Part shown: piece by piece, positions 1 to 11,674 of the stretch
Numbering within the stretch: position 1 is the first letter of the stretch
Layout: every line of letters begins with the position of its first letter
Assembly: GCA_036734185.1 (NCBI GenBank)
Contig: DAIMZB010000001.1
Span: 29,000-68,403, forward strand
DNA length: 39,404 bases
Direction of reading: 5' to 3'
Source: Thiobacillaceae bacterium
GTDB lineage: Bacteria > Pseudomonadota > Gammaproteobacteria > Burkholderiales > Thiobacillaceae
Translations under genes and position numbers: made by a program
Notes under the pieces: model-generated
What the model saw: only the letters and a program-made list of their open reading frames with translations
What the model was told of the DNA's origin: nothing
Database searches by the model: none

Positions 1-85
1 TAGTCTCGTGGGCTTGGAGATGTGTCTCAGTGAGAGGGATGGGCGCGTATTTGCTGCCGCCGGATTTGGCCCCGGGCGAGTGGCG

Positions 86-460
86 TTATGTCGAGGCGGA
101 CAACGCCTGTTGAAGCGCGTTGGGGGACAGCGGAAGCGGCAGCGCAAAGTCGATGCGATGACGCTGCTTCAGCAATTCCAGGTCGGCGGCATGGAATGGC
201 TCGTAAATGACGATGATCCGGGTCTCGGGGTTGCGCCCCGCCACGGCGAGCAGCGACTCCAGGTTGCTGACCCGGTCGTGGAAATAGCGTTTGTAAAAAT
301 CCGCCACGACAATATCGGGTTGCCAGCTTTTCATGCGCGCCATGCCGCGCCGCGCAGAAGTTTCTATCGCGACATCCAGCCCCATTTGTTCAAACAGGGG
401 CAACAGGTTGCCGTATCCGCCGGCTTCAATAATGAGCAGGATTTTTTTTGCTGGGTTCAT
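86..460 (-). CDS. Stand-alone atypical receiver (REC/CheY-like) domain protein, ~124 aa
   Basis: ATG at 460 (MNPAKKILLIIE). REC-like pattern ILLIIE / PDIVVAD / RIIVIY / FALPLP. The longer ORF-track start at 583 runs into AT-rich intergenic DNA. Confidence 0.65.
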   Translation of the reverse strand: MNPAKKILLIIEAGGYGNLLPLFEQMGLDVAIETSARRGMARMKSWQPDIVVADFYKRYFHDRVSNLESLLAVAGRNPETRIIVIYEPFHAADLELLKQRHRIDFALPLPLSPNALQQALSAST

Positions 461-705
461 GTGCGCGTCACACCATCGGCCGGATATAAAACTAGAATGC
501 AAGAACTGGATAAAAATCCGTTTGCCCGATGGCCGTGCTGTAAAATTTCTCTCGTATAAACCGGCATGTCTGCAAATCTGCAAAAAATTATCTATAAAAG
601 TTTAATGCGCCCGGGATCCCGCAACTTCAAGGCAACAGGATTTTGGCGCGGGCATGACGCAATGACTGCGCAACAATGTTCAATCAAAACAAAAGGAGTT
701 TAAGA

Positions 706-1374
706 ATGCAAACCAGACATTTTATTTTGCAAGCCATGGGTGTCGCACTCATTTCCACGGCTGCGCTTCATGCGCAGGCGGAAGAACGCTTCTACGACCC
801 GTCCAATGCCGCCAGCCCGACCGGCAAGACCATCGGCTATGAGCTGTTCAAGACGATTGGCTGCCCGGGCCAGCCCTTGCTGGGTACACCGTGCAAGGAC
901 CCCACCCCCGCTGCCGCGCCTGCGGCCAAGCCCAAGGATACGGATGGCGACGGCCTGACCGACGACAAGGACAAGTGCCCCACGGTCTACGCCAAGACCC
1001 CGGACGGCTGCCCGCCCGCAGCGGCTCCTGCGCCCAAGAAGCTGGTCCTGCAAGGTGTAAACTTCGACAACGACAAGGCCACCCTGCTGCCCCAGGCCCA
1101 GACCACGCTTGACCAGGCGGCGGCCACCCTGAAAGAGTGGGGCGACGTCAAGGTCGAGGTTGCAGGCCATACCGATTCCGTGGCGTCCGATGCCTACAAC
1201 ATGAAGCTGTCGCAGCGCCGCGCCGCCGCCGTGCGTGACTACCTCATCAGCAAGGGCATTGCGGCCAGCCGACTGACCGCCAAGGGGTATGGCGAATCCA
1301 AGCCCATTGCGGACAACAGCACCGAGACGGGCCGCTACCAGAACCGTCGCGTGGAACTGGTGCCGCAGAAATAA
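706..1374 (+). CDS. OmpA-family peptidoglycan-binding protein with signal peptide and no beta-barrel
   Basis: AGGAG RBS at 694-698 and ATG 706. Signal peptide ends AQA. Ca-binding-type repeat DTDGDGLTDDKDKCP. C-terminal OmpA motifs VNFDNDK, GHTD, LSQRRA, GYGE, NRRVE. Confidence 0.9.
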   Translation: MQTRHFILQAMGVALISTAALHAQAEERFYDPSNAASPTGKTIGYELFKTIGCPGQPLLGTPCKDPTPAAAPAAKPKDTDGDGLTDDKDKCPTVYAKTPDGCPPAAAPAPKKLVLQGVNFDNDKATLLPQAQTTLDQAAATLKEWGDVKVEVAGHTDSVASDAYNMKLSQRRAAAVRDYLISKGIAASRLTAKGYGESKPIADNSTETGRYQNRRVELVPQK

Positions 1375-1394
1375 TTCTGCTTTCATGCGAGACC

Positions 1395-1424
1395 AAACGG
1401 GGACCGCGGTCCCCGTTTTTTATT
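1395..1424. terminator. Intrinsic terminator between convergent ompA-like and trhO genes
   Basis: Perfect inverted repeat AAACGGGGACCGCGGTCCCCGTTT followed by TTTATT. Confidence 0.8.
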
Positions 1425-1436
1425 GGAACGCTGCCG

Positions 1437-2186
1437 TCAGCGATGCGCCAGCGGGTCGTGGGCCGGCGCCAGGCCGGGGTCGACTGCATTGCGGTCATCG
1501 AACACCACGCAATTGCCGGACCAGTGCGCCCCGCCGACTTCCTCGAAATACTTGAGAATGCCGCCGTCCAGCTGATAGACGTTTTGCATGCCGAGGCGGT
1601 TCATGTAGAGCACGGCCTTTTCGCAGCGGATGCCGCCGGTGCAGAAGGTGACGACGGTCTTGCCGGCGAGCGCGTCCTGGCGCGCGGCGATGGCATCGGG
1701 ATATTGCGAGAAGCGCTCGATGCCGAAGTCGAGCGCATTGAGGAACGTGCCCGCCTCGACTTCAAAGCCGTTGCGCGTATCGATCATGGCGATTTCGCGC
1801 CCGGCATCGTCGAATCCGCGGTCGAGCCAGATTTTTAACTGTGCAGGCGAGACCGTCTGGGCGCGATGGTCCTCGGGGCGGATATCCGGGACCTTCATGG
1901 TGATGATCTCCTTTTTCAACCGCACGCGCATTTTCCTGAACGGCACCGAGCCCGACCAGCTTTCCTTGGCGACAATGTCGGCGAACCGCTGGTCCTGGTG
2001 CAGCCAGCCAAGAAAATCTTGAATGGCGACAGCCTCGCCGGCGAGGAAGATGTTGATGCCCTCCGGCGCGAGCAGGATCGTGCCCTTGAGCGTAAGCGCG
2101 TCGCACTTTTGCTGCAGCGCCGCGCGCAGGCTGTCGCGGTCGTCCAGGGTGACGAACTTGTAGGTCGAGATATTCAGTACGGCCAT
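1437..2186 (-). CDS. trhO: YceA/TrhO-family rhodanese-domain protein (putative tRNA U34 hydroxylase)
   Basis: Start MAVLNISTYKF. Motifs LKGTILLAPEGIN, RLKKEII, DTRNGFE, FCTGGIRCEKA, YQLDGGILKY, VFDDR. Confidence 0.8.
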   Translation of the reverse strand: MAVLNISTYKFVTLDDRDSLRAALQQKCDALTLKGTILLAPEGINIFLAGEAVAIQDFLGWLHQDQRFADIVAKESWSGSVPFRKMRVRLKKEIITMKVPDIRPEDHRAQTVSPAQLKIWLDRGFDDAGREIAMIDTRNGFEVEAGTFLNALDFGIERFSQYPDAIAARQDALAGKTVVTFCTGGIRCEKAVLYMNRLGMQNVYQLDGGILKYFEEVGGAHWSGNCVVFDDRNAVDPGLAPAHDPLAHR

Positions 2187-2262
2187 GAGGAAACGTAAAG
2201 CGGGTAACTGCAGGGCTTGCGGACAGGATTTTATCCGCAAGTCTTCGGACGTTTCGCGGCAA

Positions 2263-4743
<2,481 letters not shown>

Positions 4744-4746
4744 TTT

Positions 4747-5190
4747 TCAGTGCAAGGTAGTTTCGTTGAGCAGCATTTCTTCCAGGAAGGTGTAATGCTC
4801 GATGTAGCCGCGGCTCCACAGCACCACCAGGCTCATCCAGCGCACCTGCTCGGGGCTGATGTCCTCGCCGGTGAGGAGCATCAGTCCGTTGATCACCCAT
4901 TCGCGCGACTCCGCGTCGAGAATCTGGGCTTCTTCCAGGAAGCGCAGGCTGGCGCGGCAATCGTCGTCCAGCTTGTCCATCTCCTCGCGTGCGTAGTGAC
5001 GAAAAAGCCCGTTCTGGGAAAGCCTGGGGTGGGCCTCGGTGTCGGCCATGCGGCCGAACCAGTCCAGCGCACCCTTTACCGAAGGGGCGTCGAAGCCCGC
5101 GGCAAAGAGCTTCTTTTCCAGCGTATCGCGATCGGGGGCCAACTCGGCCATGCGGTAGCTTTCATACAGGTAAACCAGGATTTCGAGCAT
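4747..5190 (-). CDS. smg: Smg / DUF494 family protein
   Basis: MLEILVYLYE start, C-terminal 'LH', and conserved position between dprA and topA. Confidence 0.85.
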   Translation of the reverse strand: MLEILVYLYESYRMAELAPDRDTLEKKLFAAGFDAPSVKGALDWFGRMADTEAHPRLSQNGLFRHYAREEMDKLDDDCRASLRFLEEAQILDAESREWVINGLMLLTGEDISPEQVRWMSLVVLWSRGYIEHYTFLEEMLLNETTLH

Positions 5191-5194
5191 AAAT

Positions 5195-6265
5195 TTATGA
5201 GAGTCGTTGGTAGCGCCCGCCCGGAAGCTGGGCGACCAGGCCTTCCAGTTCAAGCGCCAACAGCTTCGCCGAAAGCGCTTCCACCGTCAACCCGCTCCGT
5301 TCCGCCAGCTGGTCCAGGCTGGCCGGGTCAAAGCCGAGATGCCGCAAAACCGGGTCGTTTCCGGGTGGATGGCCGTCAGCGGCCGCCTTTACCGCTGGCG
5401 CCGGCCAGGCCAGCTCCTCGGCAATGTCCTGTGCCGACTCCACCAGCTTGGCGCCCTGCTTGATCAGCGCATGGCAGCCCTTGGAAAGCGGCGAATGGAT
5501 GGAGCCGGGAATCGCCATCACCTCGCGGCCCTGTTCCAGGGCCAGCCTGGCGGTGATGAGCGAGCCTGAGCCGAGCGCGGCCTCCACCACCAGCACGGCG
5601 TGCGACAGCCCGGAAATGATGCGGTTGCGTCTGGGGAAATGGCCCGGCGCGGAAATCGTGCCAAGCGGAAACTCCGACAGCAGCAGGCCCTTTTCAGCGA
5701 TTTCGTGCGCCAGCGCCTTGTTGCGAGCCGGATAGACCCGGTCAAGCCCGGTGCCGACCACGGCGATGGTGGACCCGGCGCCCCGGAGCCCGCCGCGGTG
5801 GGCGGCGGCATCGATGCCCAGCGCAAGGCCGCTGACGATGGTGATGCCGGCCTCCGACAACACCTGCGCGAAGGCTTCGGCATTGGCTTCGCCCTGCGCA
5901 GTGGCATTGCGGCTGCCGACGATGGCGAGGCAGTTTTGCAGCAGCAGTTCGCGCCTGCCCTTGCCATATAACAGCGCAGGCGGATCGGCCGTTTCGCGCA
6001 GCGGGTCGGGGTAGTCCGCGTCGAGCCAGGTGATGAGGTGGTGGCCGGGTTCGCCCAGCCAGGCGAGGGTCTGTTCGAGTTGCGCCGAATCCGGGCCGGC
6101 CTGCAGGGCCTCCATCTGCTTCGCGCTCAAGTGTGGGGCAAGCTGGCTGCGCGAAGCCGCCAGTGCCGCGGCCGGCGAGCCGAATGCTTCGAGCAGGCGG
6201 TGCTGCGCGCCGTCGCCGATGCCCGGAACGAGCGCGAGGCGCAGCCAGGACTCACTGTCCTGCAT
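5195..6265 (-). CDS. dprA: DNA-processing protein DprA (Smf)
   Basis: AIVGSR, VSGLALGIDAAAH, FPRRNRIISGLS, SGSLITA, GCHALIKQGA, and a C-terminal winged helix (LLALELEG). Confidence 0.96.
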   Translation of the reverse strand: MQDSESWLRLALVPGIGDGAQHRLLEAFGSPAAALAASRSQLAPHLSAKQMEALQAGPDSAQLEQTLAWLGEPGHHLITWLDADYPDPLRETADPPALLYGKGRRELLLQNCLAIVGSRNATAQGEANAEAFAQVLSEAGITIVSGLALGIDAAAHRGGLRGAGSTIAVVGTGLDRVYPARNKALAHEIAEKGLLLSEFPLGTISAPGHFPRRNRIISGLSHAVLVVEAALGSGSLITARLALEQGREVMAIPGSIHSPLSKGCHALIKQGAKLVESAQDIAEELAWPAPAVKAAADGHPPGNDPVLRHLGFDPASLDQLAERSGLTVEALSAKLLALELEGLVAQLPGGRYQRLS

Positions 6266-6270
6266 GGCGT

Positions 6271-6603
6271 TCAGGCGCTCTGGTACATGGGCTTGCCGTC
6301 ATAGAAATTCAGCATGCCCTTCACGATGCGGTAGATGGCCCAGATGCCGGCGACCCCCCAGACGATGAAACCGATACCGATGATGAAGGTGAGCCAGCCG
6401 ATCACGCACCACAGTATGGAAAACCAGAAGGTGCGAATTTGCCAGCGAAAGTGGCTCTCCAGCCAGGTGCCCGCGACCTCCTCGCGCTTGATGTAATTGA
6501 TGATCACGGCAATGATCGCGGTGATGCCGGCCAGCACGGAGGCGATGTAGAGGAAATAAACGATCTGTGTGAGATCGCGCAGTTTTTGAATGTCCTGGGT
6601 CAC
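6271..6603 (-). CDS. Small integral membrane protein (DUF4870-like)
   Basis: Likely GTG start at 6603 preceded by AAGGGGG. Three hydrophobic segments. SHFRWQIRTFW and YRIVKG motifs. Confidence 0.75.
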   Translation of the reverse strand: MTQDIQKLRDLTQIVYFLYIASVLAGITAIIAVIINYIKREEVAGTWLESHFRWQIRTFWFSILWCVIGWLTFIIGIGFIVWGVAGIWAIYRIVKGMLNFYDGKPMYQSA

Positions 6604-6636
6604 GGGTTCCCCCTTGCTGGGTTGATCGGGCAAAAA

Positions 6637-6662
6637 TGAAAAAACCGCCCCTGGGGGCGGTT
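6637..6662 (-). terminator. Intrinsic terminator downstream of the LysM/tsaP gene
   Basis: Minus strand reads AACCGCCCC-CA-GGGGCGGTT followed by a T-run. Confidence 0.7.
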
Positions 6663-6700
6663 GCAGTGTAGCGTCATTTTTTTGAAATCGGCATGCAGCC

Positions 6701-7906
6701 TCAAGGGTTGGTCACCGAGTCCAACAGGAAGACCGGCCCGTCGGACTGCATGACCAGTGCGTAGGAAACCTTGTCGAACACGCGGTAGACCATGACGAGG
6801 CCGGTGCGCGCATCCGGCAGTTTGACGCTGCCGTCGTCCCGGTTGAGGCAGCCGCTGCGCGAGACGGCCTTGGGGTCGGCGGTCTCGTCGTAGGTCAGCT
6901 TGCTGCCGCTGTCCTTGAGGCAGCGCACATCGCTGTACAGCCAGGCGCCGCCTTCCGGAACGCCAGCGTTGCGTGAAGCGAGCCAGGTGATTTTTTCCTG
7001 TTCGTCCTTGCTGAGCTTGATGGTGCCGCCAGCGTGGTAGATCGCGAGCACATGGCCGGGAGCAAGGCCGTCGTTGCTGCCGCGGTTCAACACCACGGTC
7101 TGGTAGCGCCCGGCGTCAGACAGGCTGCCGCCATAGGCCGAAACGATGCGTCCGGCGATTCGGTTTTCCGGCGCGCGCGGTACATATTCGAAGGTGTCGC
7201 CATCGACCGCGGCGACCAGCTTGTCCTTGGCCAGGACTTCCTGGGTGGTGCGGGTAATGAGGATTTTCTGCGGCGCGCCGGGGGAAAGAGTGCGGGCGTC
7301 GCCGACGTATTCGACTTCATAGCCCAGCACTTCGCCGGTTTCCGGATCCTTCAGGGCCTTGCCCGGGCGCAGGATATTCCAGCGCGTGACCCCGGCCGGG
7401 CCGCCGGTGGCATAGGCTTCGTCGCCTTTGGCGAAGATGACGCGCTCGCTGTTGCTGCCCAGGATGAAGGGCGCCGCATCGAGTGCGCCCGCGGAAACCA
7501 CGCGGGGCTGAGACAGAAAGGCGTGGATCGCGGATACGGGAATGGTCTGGATGGCGCCGCCATCAATTTTTTCCTCGCGCACATCGGGCGACAGCTTGAA
7601 GGTGCTGAGCCCGGAGTTGTCACCCTTTATCAGGCGCAGCTTGGGCTGCCCGCCAGAACGATCCAGCACGATGATGTCGCCAGGGTAAATCCGGTGCGGG
7701 TTCTTGATCGTGTCCTTGTTCAGCTGCCAGATTTCGGGCCAGCGCCAGGGCTGGGTGAGGAACTTCCCTGAAATGTCCCAGAGGGTGTCGCCCTTGACGA
7801 CTACGTGCTGATCCGGAGCGTTTTCCTGGATTTGCGGCGTGTCCGCCCACGCTGGCACGGACAGGGCGAGGGCAGTTAAAGTCAGGGCGGACAGCAGTTT
7901 GCGCAT
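6701..7906 (-). CDS. LysM peptidoglycan-binding protein, TsaP-like (type IV pilus secretin-associated)
   Basis: Signal peptide. LysM domain HVVVKGDTLWDISGKFL...PWRWPEIW...NPHRIYPGD. C-terminal KLPD...GLVMVYRVFDKVSYALVM. Typical location between def and dprA. Confidence 0.85.
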   Translation of the reverse strand: MRKLLSALTLTALALSVPAWADTPQIQENAPDQHVVVKGDTLWDISGKFLTQPWRWPEIWQLNKDTIKNPHRIYPGDIIVLDRSGGQPKLRLIKGDNSGLSTFKLSPDVREEKIDGGAIQTIPVSAIHAFLSQPRVVSAGALDAAPFILGSNSERVIFAKGDEAYATGGPAGVTRWNILRPGKALKDPETGEVLGYEVEYVGDARTLSPGAPQKILITRTTQEVLAKDKLVAAVDGDTFEYVPRAPENRIAGRIVSAYGGSLSDAGRYQTVVLNRGSNDGLAPGHVLAIYHAGGTIKLSKDEQEKITWLASRNAGVPEGGAWLYSDVRCLKDSGSKLTYDETADPKAVSRSGCLNRDDGSVKLPDARTGLVMVYRVFDKVSYALVMQSDGPVFLLDSVTNP

Positions 7907-8038
7907 GTTTAGACCTTGTCTAATTTTCGTGAAAAAGCTACTGTTGCGTTTACGGACATTGCCAGCAGGAATTTAGCATGCGTCCCTCCTTCGTCCCTGA
8001 AGGGGGCGGCGGCCGGATTCCTGCGAACACCCGCATTT

Positions 8039-8572
8039 ATGGCCAAGCTTAACATTCTTCGATATCCCGATCCCCGCTTGCACACGGTCGCCAAACCCGT
8101 CAAGGCGGTGGACGAACGCATCCGCAAGCTGGTCGACGACATGGCCGAGACCATGTATGCCGCGCCCGGCATTGGCCTGGCGGCAACCCAGGTCAATGTG
8201 CACGAACGCGTCATTGTCATCGACATCAGTGAAGACCACTCCGACCTGCGCGTGCTGATCAACCCGGAAATCATTTCCAAATCCGGCGATGTCGAGTGGG
8301 AGGAAGGCTGCCTGTCCGTGCCCGGCATCTACGACAAGGTGCACCGTGCCGAAAAAATCCGCGTGCGCGCTTTGAACCGCGAAGGCCAGACGTACGAGTT
8401 CGACGCCGATGGCCTGCTCGCCGTCTGTGTGCAGCACGAGATGGACCATCTGATGGGCCGCGTGTTCGTGGAATACCTTTCCCGGCTGAAGCAGGTGCGC
8501 ATCAAGACCAAGCTCGTCAAGCAGGAGCGCGAGCACAAGCAGGCCCATCCCGAGCGCCAGCCGGTTCTCTGA
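8039..8572 (+). CDS. def: Peptide deformylase
   Basis: ATG 8039 ([14 protein letters not shown]). Motifs [19 protein letters not shown]. Confidence 0.97.
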   Translation: MAKLNILRYPDPRLHTVAKPVKAVDERIRKLVDDMAETMYAAPGIGLAATQVNVHERVIVIDISEDHSDLRVLINPEIISKSGDVEWEEGCLSVPGIYDKVHRAEKIRVRALNREGQTYEFDADGLLAVCVQHEMDHLMGRVFVEYLSRLKQVRIKTKLVKQEREHKQAHPERQPVL

Positions 8573-8575
8573 TTG

Positions 8576-9496
8576 ATGAAGCTCATTTTTGCCGGCACGC
8601 CTGAATTCGCGCGGGCCGCCCTGGTGTCGATCATCGAGGCCGGCCACGAAGTCGTGCTGGTGCTGACCCAGCCGGATCGGCCGAGCGGCCGCGGCATGAA
8701 ACTCACGCCCAGCCCGGTCAAGGAGGAAGCCCTAAAGCGCGGCATTCCGGTCTACCAACCGCAGAGCCTCAAGGATCCTGCCACCCATGCAGCCATCGGT
8801 TCGGCGCAGGGCGAGGTCATGGTGGTCGCGGCATACGGCCTGATCCTGCCGCAGGCGGTGCTGAACATGCCCGCCCGCGGCTGCCTCAATATCCACGCTT
8901 CACTATTGCCGCGCTGGCGCGGCGCGGCCCCGATTCAGCGCGCCATCGAGGCGGGCGACCGGGAAACCGGCATCTGCATCATGCAAATGGAAGCCGGCCT
9001 CGATACCGGCCCGGTGCTGCTGGAGAAGCGCCTCCCGATTCTGGAAACCGACACGGCCGCGAGCCTGCACGACAAGCTCGCCGCCCTGGGCGGTCAGGCC
9101 ATCGTCGAGGCACTGGCAAAACTGGGCAGGCTTGAACCGGCCGCGCAGCCGGAAGAAGGCGTGACCTACGCGGCAAAGCTCAGCAAGGAGGAGGCCCGCA
9201 TCGACTGGACCCTGCCCGCCGAAACCTTGGCGCGAAAGGTCCGCGCCTTTAACCCGGCGCCGGGCGCGTGGACGCAGCTGAACGGCGAGCCGCTTAAAAT
9301 CTGGCAGGTCGAAGCGGCGCCCGGCACGGGTCGCCCGGGCGAAGTGCAGGAGGCTGCCGCGGGCCGGCTCACAGTGGCCTGCGGCGAAGGCCTGCTCAGC
9401 CTCGTCGAACTGCAAAAGGCCGGATCCCGGCGCATGGATGCGGCGGCATTCCTGGCAGGGGTGAAAATCACGCCAGGGACATCGCTAAGCAATTGA
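8576..9496 (+). CDS. fmt: Methionyl-tRNA formyltransferase
   Basis: [44 protein letters not shown]. Follows def. Confidence 0.97.
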   Translation: MKLIFAGTPEFARAALVSIIEAGHEVVLVLTQPDRPSGRGMKLTPSPVKEEALKRGIPVYQPQSLKDPATHAAIGSAQGEVMVVAAYGLILPQAVLNMPARGCLNIHASLLPRWRGAAPIQRAIEAGDRETGICIMQMEAGLDTGPVLLEKRLPILETDTAASLHDKLAALGGQAIVEALAKLGRLEPAAQPEEGVTYAAKLSKEEARIDWTLPAETLARKVRAFNPAPGAWTQLNGEPLKIWQVEAAPGTGRPGEVQEAAAGRLTVACGEGLLSLVELQKAGSRRMDAAAFLAGVKITPGTSLSN

Positions 9497-9519
9497 ATTT
9501 TTTGCCCGTCCCCGCATCT
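9493..9519 (+). promoter_or_regulatory. Putative sigma32 (RpoH) promoter for htpX
   Basis: TTGAAT (9493-9498), 13 nt spacer, CCGCATCT (9512-9519), compared with the consensus TTGAAA-N13/14-CCCCATNT. Confidence 0.6.
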
Positions 9520-9558
9520 ATAGGGCTGTATTGAAGCTGTTTGAGGAACCTTAGAGAA

Positions 9559-10401
9559 ATGTTCAACTGGATCAAGACTTCCATTCTCATGGCCGGCATC
9601 GTCGCCCTGTTCGGCGCGGTGGGCATGGTGCTGGGCGGTGCGCAGGGCATGCTGATCGCGCTCGTGATCGGCGCCGGCATGAATGTTTTCGCCTACTGGA
9701 ATTCGGACAAGGTGGTGCTGCGCATGTATGACGCGCAGGAAGTCGACGCGCAGACCGGCGGCCGCTATTACGCCATCGTGCGCGAGCTGTCTGAGAATGC
9801 CGGCCTGCCGATGCCGCGCGTCTATGTTATCAACCAGGCCCAGCCCAATGCCTTCGCTACCGGGCGTAATCCCGAGCATGCCGCAGTGGCCGCCACCACC
9901 GGCATCATGCAGCTTTTGTCCGAGCGCGAATTGCGTGGCGTGATGGCGCATGAGCTGGCCCATGTCCGAAACCGCGACATCCTCATCTCCACCCTGAGTG
10001 CCACCGTGGCCGGCGCCATTTCCATGCTGGCCAACTTCGCCATGTTCTTCAGCGGCCGCGGCGACGACCGTCCCAACCCGGTGGTGGCGCTGGCGGTGAT
10101 GATCATCGCCCCGATCGCCGCCATGTTGATCCAGATGGCGATCTCGCGCAGCCGCGAATTTGGCGCCGATGCCGGCGGCGCGGAAATTTCGCGCGATCCG
10201 GAAGCATTGGCTTCCGCGCTGAGAAAAATCGAGGCTTACGCCAAGGGCCTGTCCATGCCGGTGGCGGATGCGCATCCCGAAACCGCGCAGATGATGATCA
10301 TCAACCCGCTGTCGGGCGACGGCATCAAGAGCCTGTTCTCCACGCATCCTTCAACCGACGACCGGGTGGCGAAGCTCATGGCCATTGCGCGTGGCGCATA
10401 A
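9559..10401 (+). CDS. htpX: Zinc metalloprotease HtpX
   Basis: GAGG RBS-like sequence upstream. [15 protein letters not shown] zinc motif, [15 protein letters not shown]. Confidence 0.95.
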   Translation: MFNWIKTSILMAGIVALFGAVGMVLGGAQGMLIALVIGAGMNVFAYWNSDKVVLRMYDAQEVDAQTGGRYYAIVRELSENAGLPMPRVYVINQAQPNAFATGRNPEHAAVAATTGIMQLLSERELRGVMAHELAHVRNRDILISTLSATVAGAISMLANFAMFFSGRGDDRPNPVVALAVMIIAPIAAMLIQMAISRSREFGADAGGAEISRDPEALASALRKIEAYAKGLSMPVADAHPETAQMMIINPLSGDGIKSLFSTHPSTDDRVAKLMAIARGA

Positions 10402-11674
10402 ATCCCAGACGGTCAGCTCCGGCACATCGGCGGCTTTGGCCGCCGATGTGCTTTCGGCCGTTCTGCAGGGCCGCACGCTGAACCACGCACTCGACGGGCT
10501 TTCCCTGAGCCTGTCGCGGCGCGGCGCAGTTCTCGACATGGCCTACGGCGCTTTGCGCTACAAGGGCACGCTCGAAGCCGTGCTGGCGCAACTATTGAAA
10601 AAGCCCCTGGATGATGAATATGCCCATGCCTTGCTGCTGGGCGCGTTGTACCTGCTGGCTTACACCGACGAGGCGCCCTACGCGGCGGTGGACAATGCGG
10701 TGAAGTCCGCCCCGCGCCACCTCAAGGGACTGGTCAATGCCGTGCTGAGGAATTTCACGCGCCAGCGCGAGGCGCTGCTGGAAGCGGCGCGGCAAACCCA
10801 GGCCGGGCGCACCAATTTCCCCGACTGGTGGGTGGAAAAACTCAAGCTCGCCTATCCCGCGCAGTGGGAAGCGATCCTGGAGGCCAGCCAGCTGCATCCG
10901 CCCATGACCCTGCGGGTCAACCACAGAAAATCCAGCGTCGGCGATTATCAGGCCGAGCTGCTGGCCAATGGCCAGGCCTGCCGGCAAACCGGCGAGTCGG
11001 CGCTCACCCTGGAAAAACCGGTTCCCGTCGACAAGCTGCCGGGCTTTGCCGAGGGACGGGTCTCGGTGCAGGACGCGGGCGCACAATGGGCGGCGCGTGT
11101 GCTGGATGTGCAAAACGGCATGCGTGTGCTGGACGCATGCGCCGCGCCGGGCGGCAAGACCGGACATATCCTGGAGCGGGCAGAGGCGGCGGTGCTGGCG
11201 CTGGATGTCGATGCGCAGCGGCTGGCCCGGGTGCAGCAGAACCTCGACCGGCTCGGGCAGGTTGCGGAACTGCGGACGGGCGACGCGGCGCGGCCCCAGG
11301 ACTGGTGGAACGGCCGCCCCTTCGACCGCATACTCGCGGATGTGCCCTGCTCCGCTTCCGGCGTGGTGCGGCGCAACCCCGATATCAAATGGCTGAGGCG
11401 GCCGCAGGACATCGCCAAATTCGTCAGGCAGCAGGCGGTGATTCTGGACGCGCTCTGGCAGACGCTCGCGCCCGGTGGTAAATTGCTCTATGCAACCTGT
11501 TCCATTTTCCCCGAGGAAAACGCGCAGCAGATAAAAGGTTTCACGGCGCGCAATGCCGATGCAAGGCTGATGGCGCTTCCACAGGAACTGGGCGACGGCC
11601 AACTATTGCCAGATGATGACCACGACGGTTTTTACTATGCCCTGCTTGAGCGTCTCCCGAATTCGCCAGAATAG
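10391..11674 (+). CDS. rsmB: 16S rRNA m5C967 methyltransferase RsmB (Sun)
   Basis: NusB-like N-terminus, [37 protein letters not shown]. Start uncertain (GTG 10391 or TTG 10385). Confidence 0.93.
   Translation: MAHKSQTVSSGTSAALAADVLSAVLQGRTLNHALDGLSLSLSRRGAVLDMAYGALRYKGTLEAVLAQLLKKPLDDEYAHALLLGALYLLAYTDEAPYAAVDNAVKSAPRHLKGLVNAVLRNFTRQREALLEAARQTQAGRTNFPDWWVEKLKLAYPAQWEAILEASQLHPPMTLRVNHRKSSVGDYQAELLANGQACRQTGESALTLEKPVPVDKLPGFAEGRVSVQDAGAQWAARVLDVQNGMRVLDACAAPGGKTGHILERAEAAVLALDVDAQRLARVQQNLDRLGQVAELRTGDAARPQDWWNGRPFDRILADVPCSASGVVRRNPDIKWLRRPQDIAKFVRQQAVILDALWQTLAPGGKLLYATCSIFPEENAQQIKGFTARNADARLMALPQELGDGQLLPDDDHDGFYYALLERLPNSPE

Noticed and set aside
5195..7906. DNA-uptake sequences, suggested by dprA and tsaP
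   Set aside because: I noticed no recurrent Neisseria- or Pasteurellaceae-type uptake motif by eye; a k-mer count would be needed to exclude another motif.
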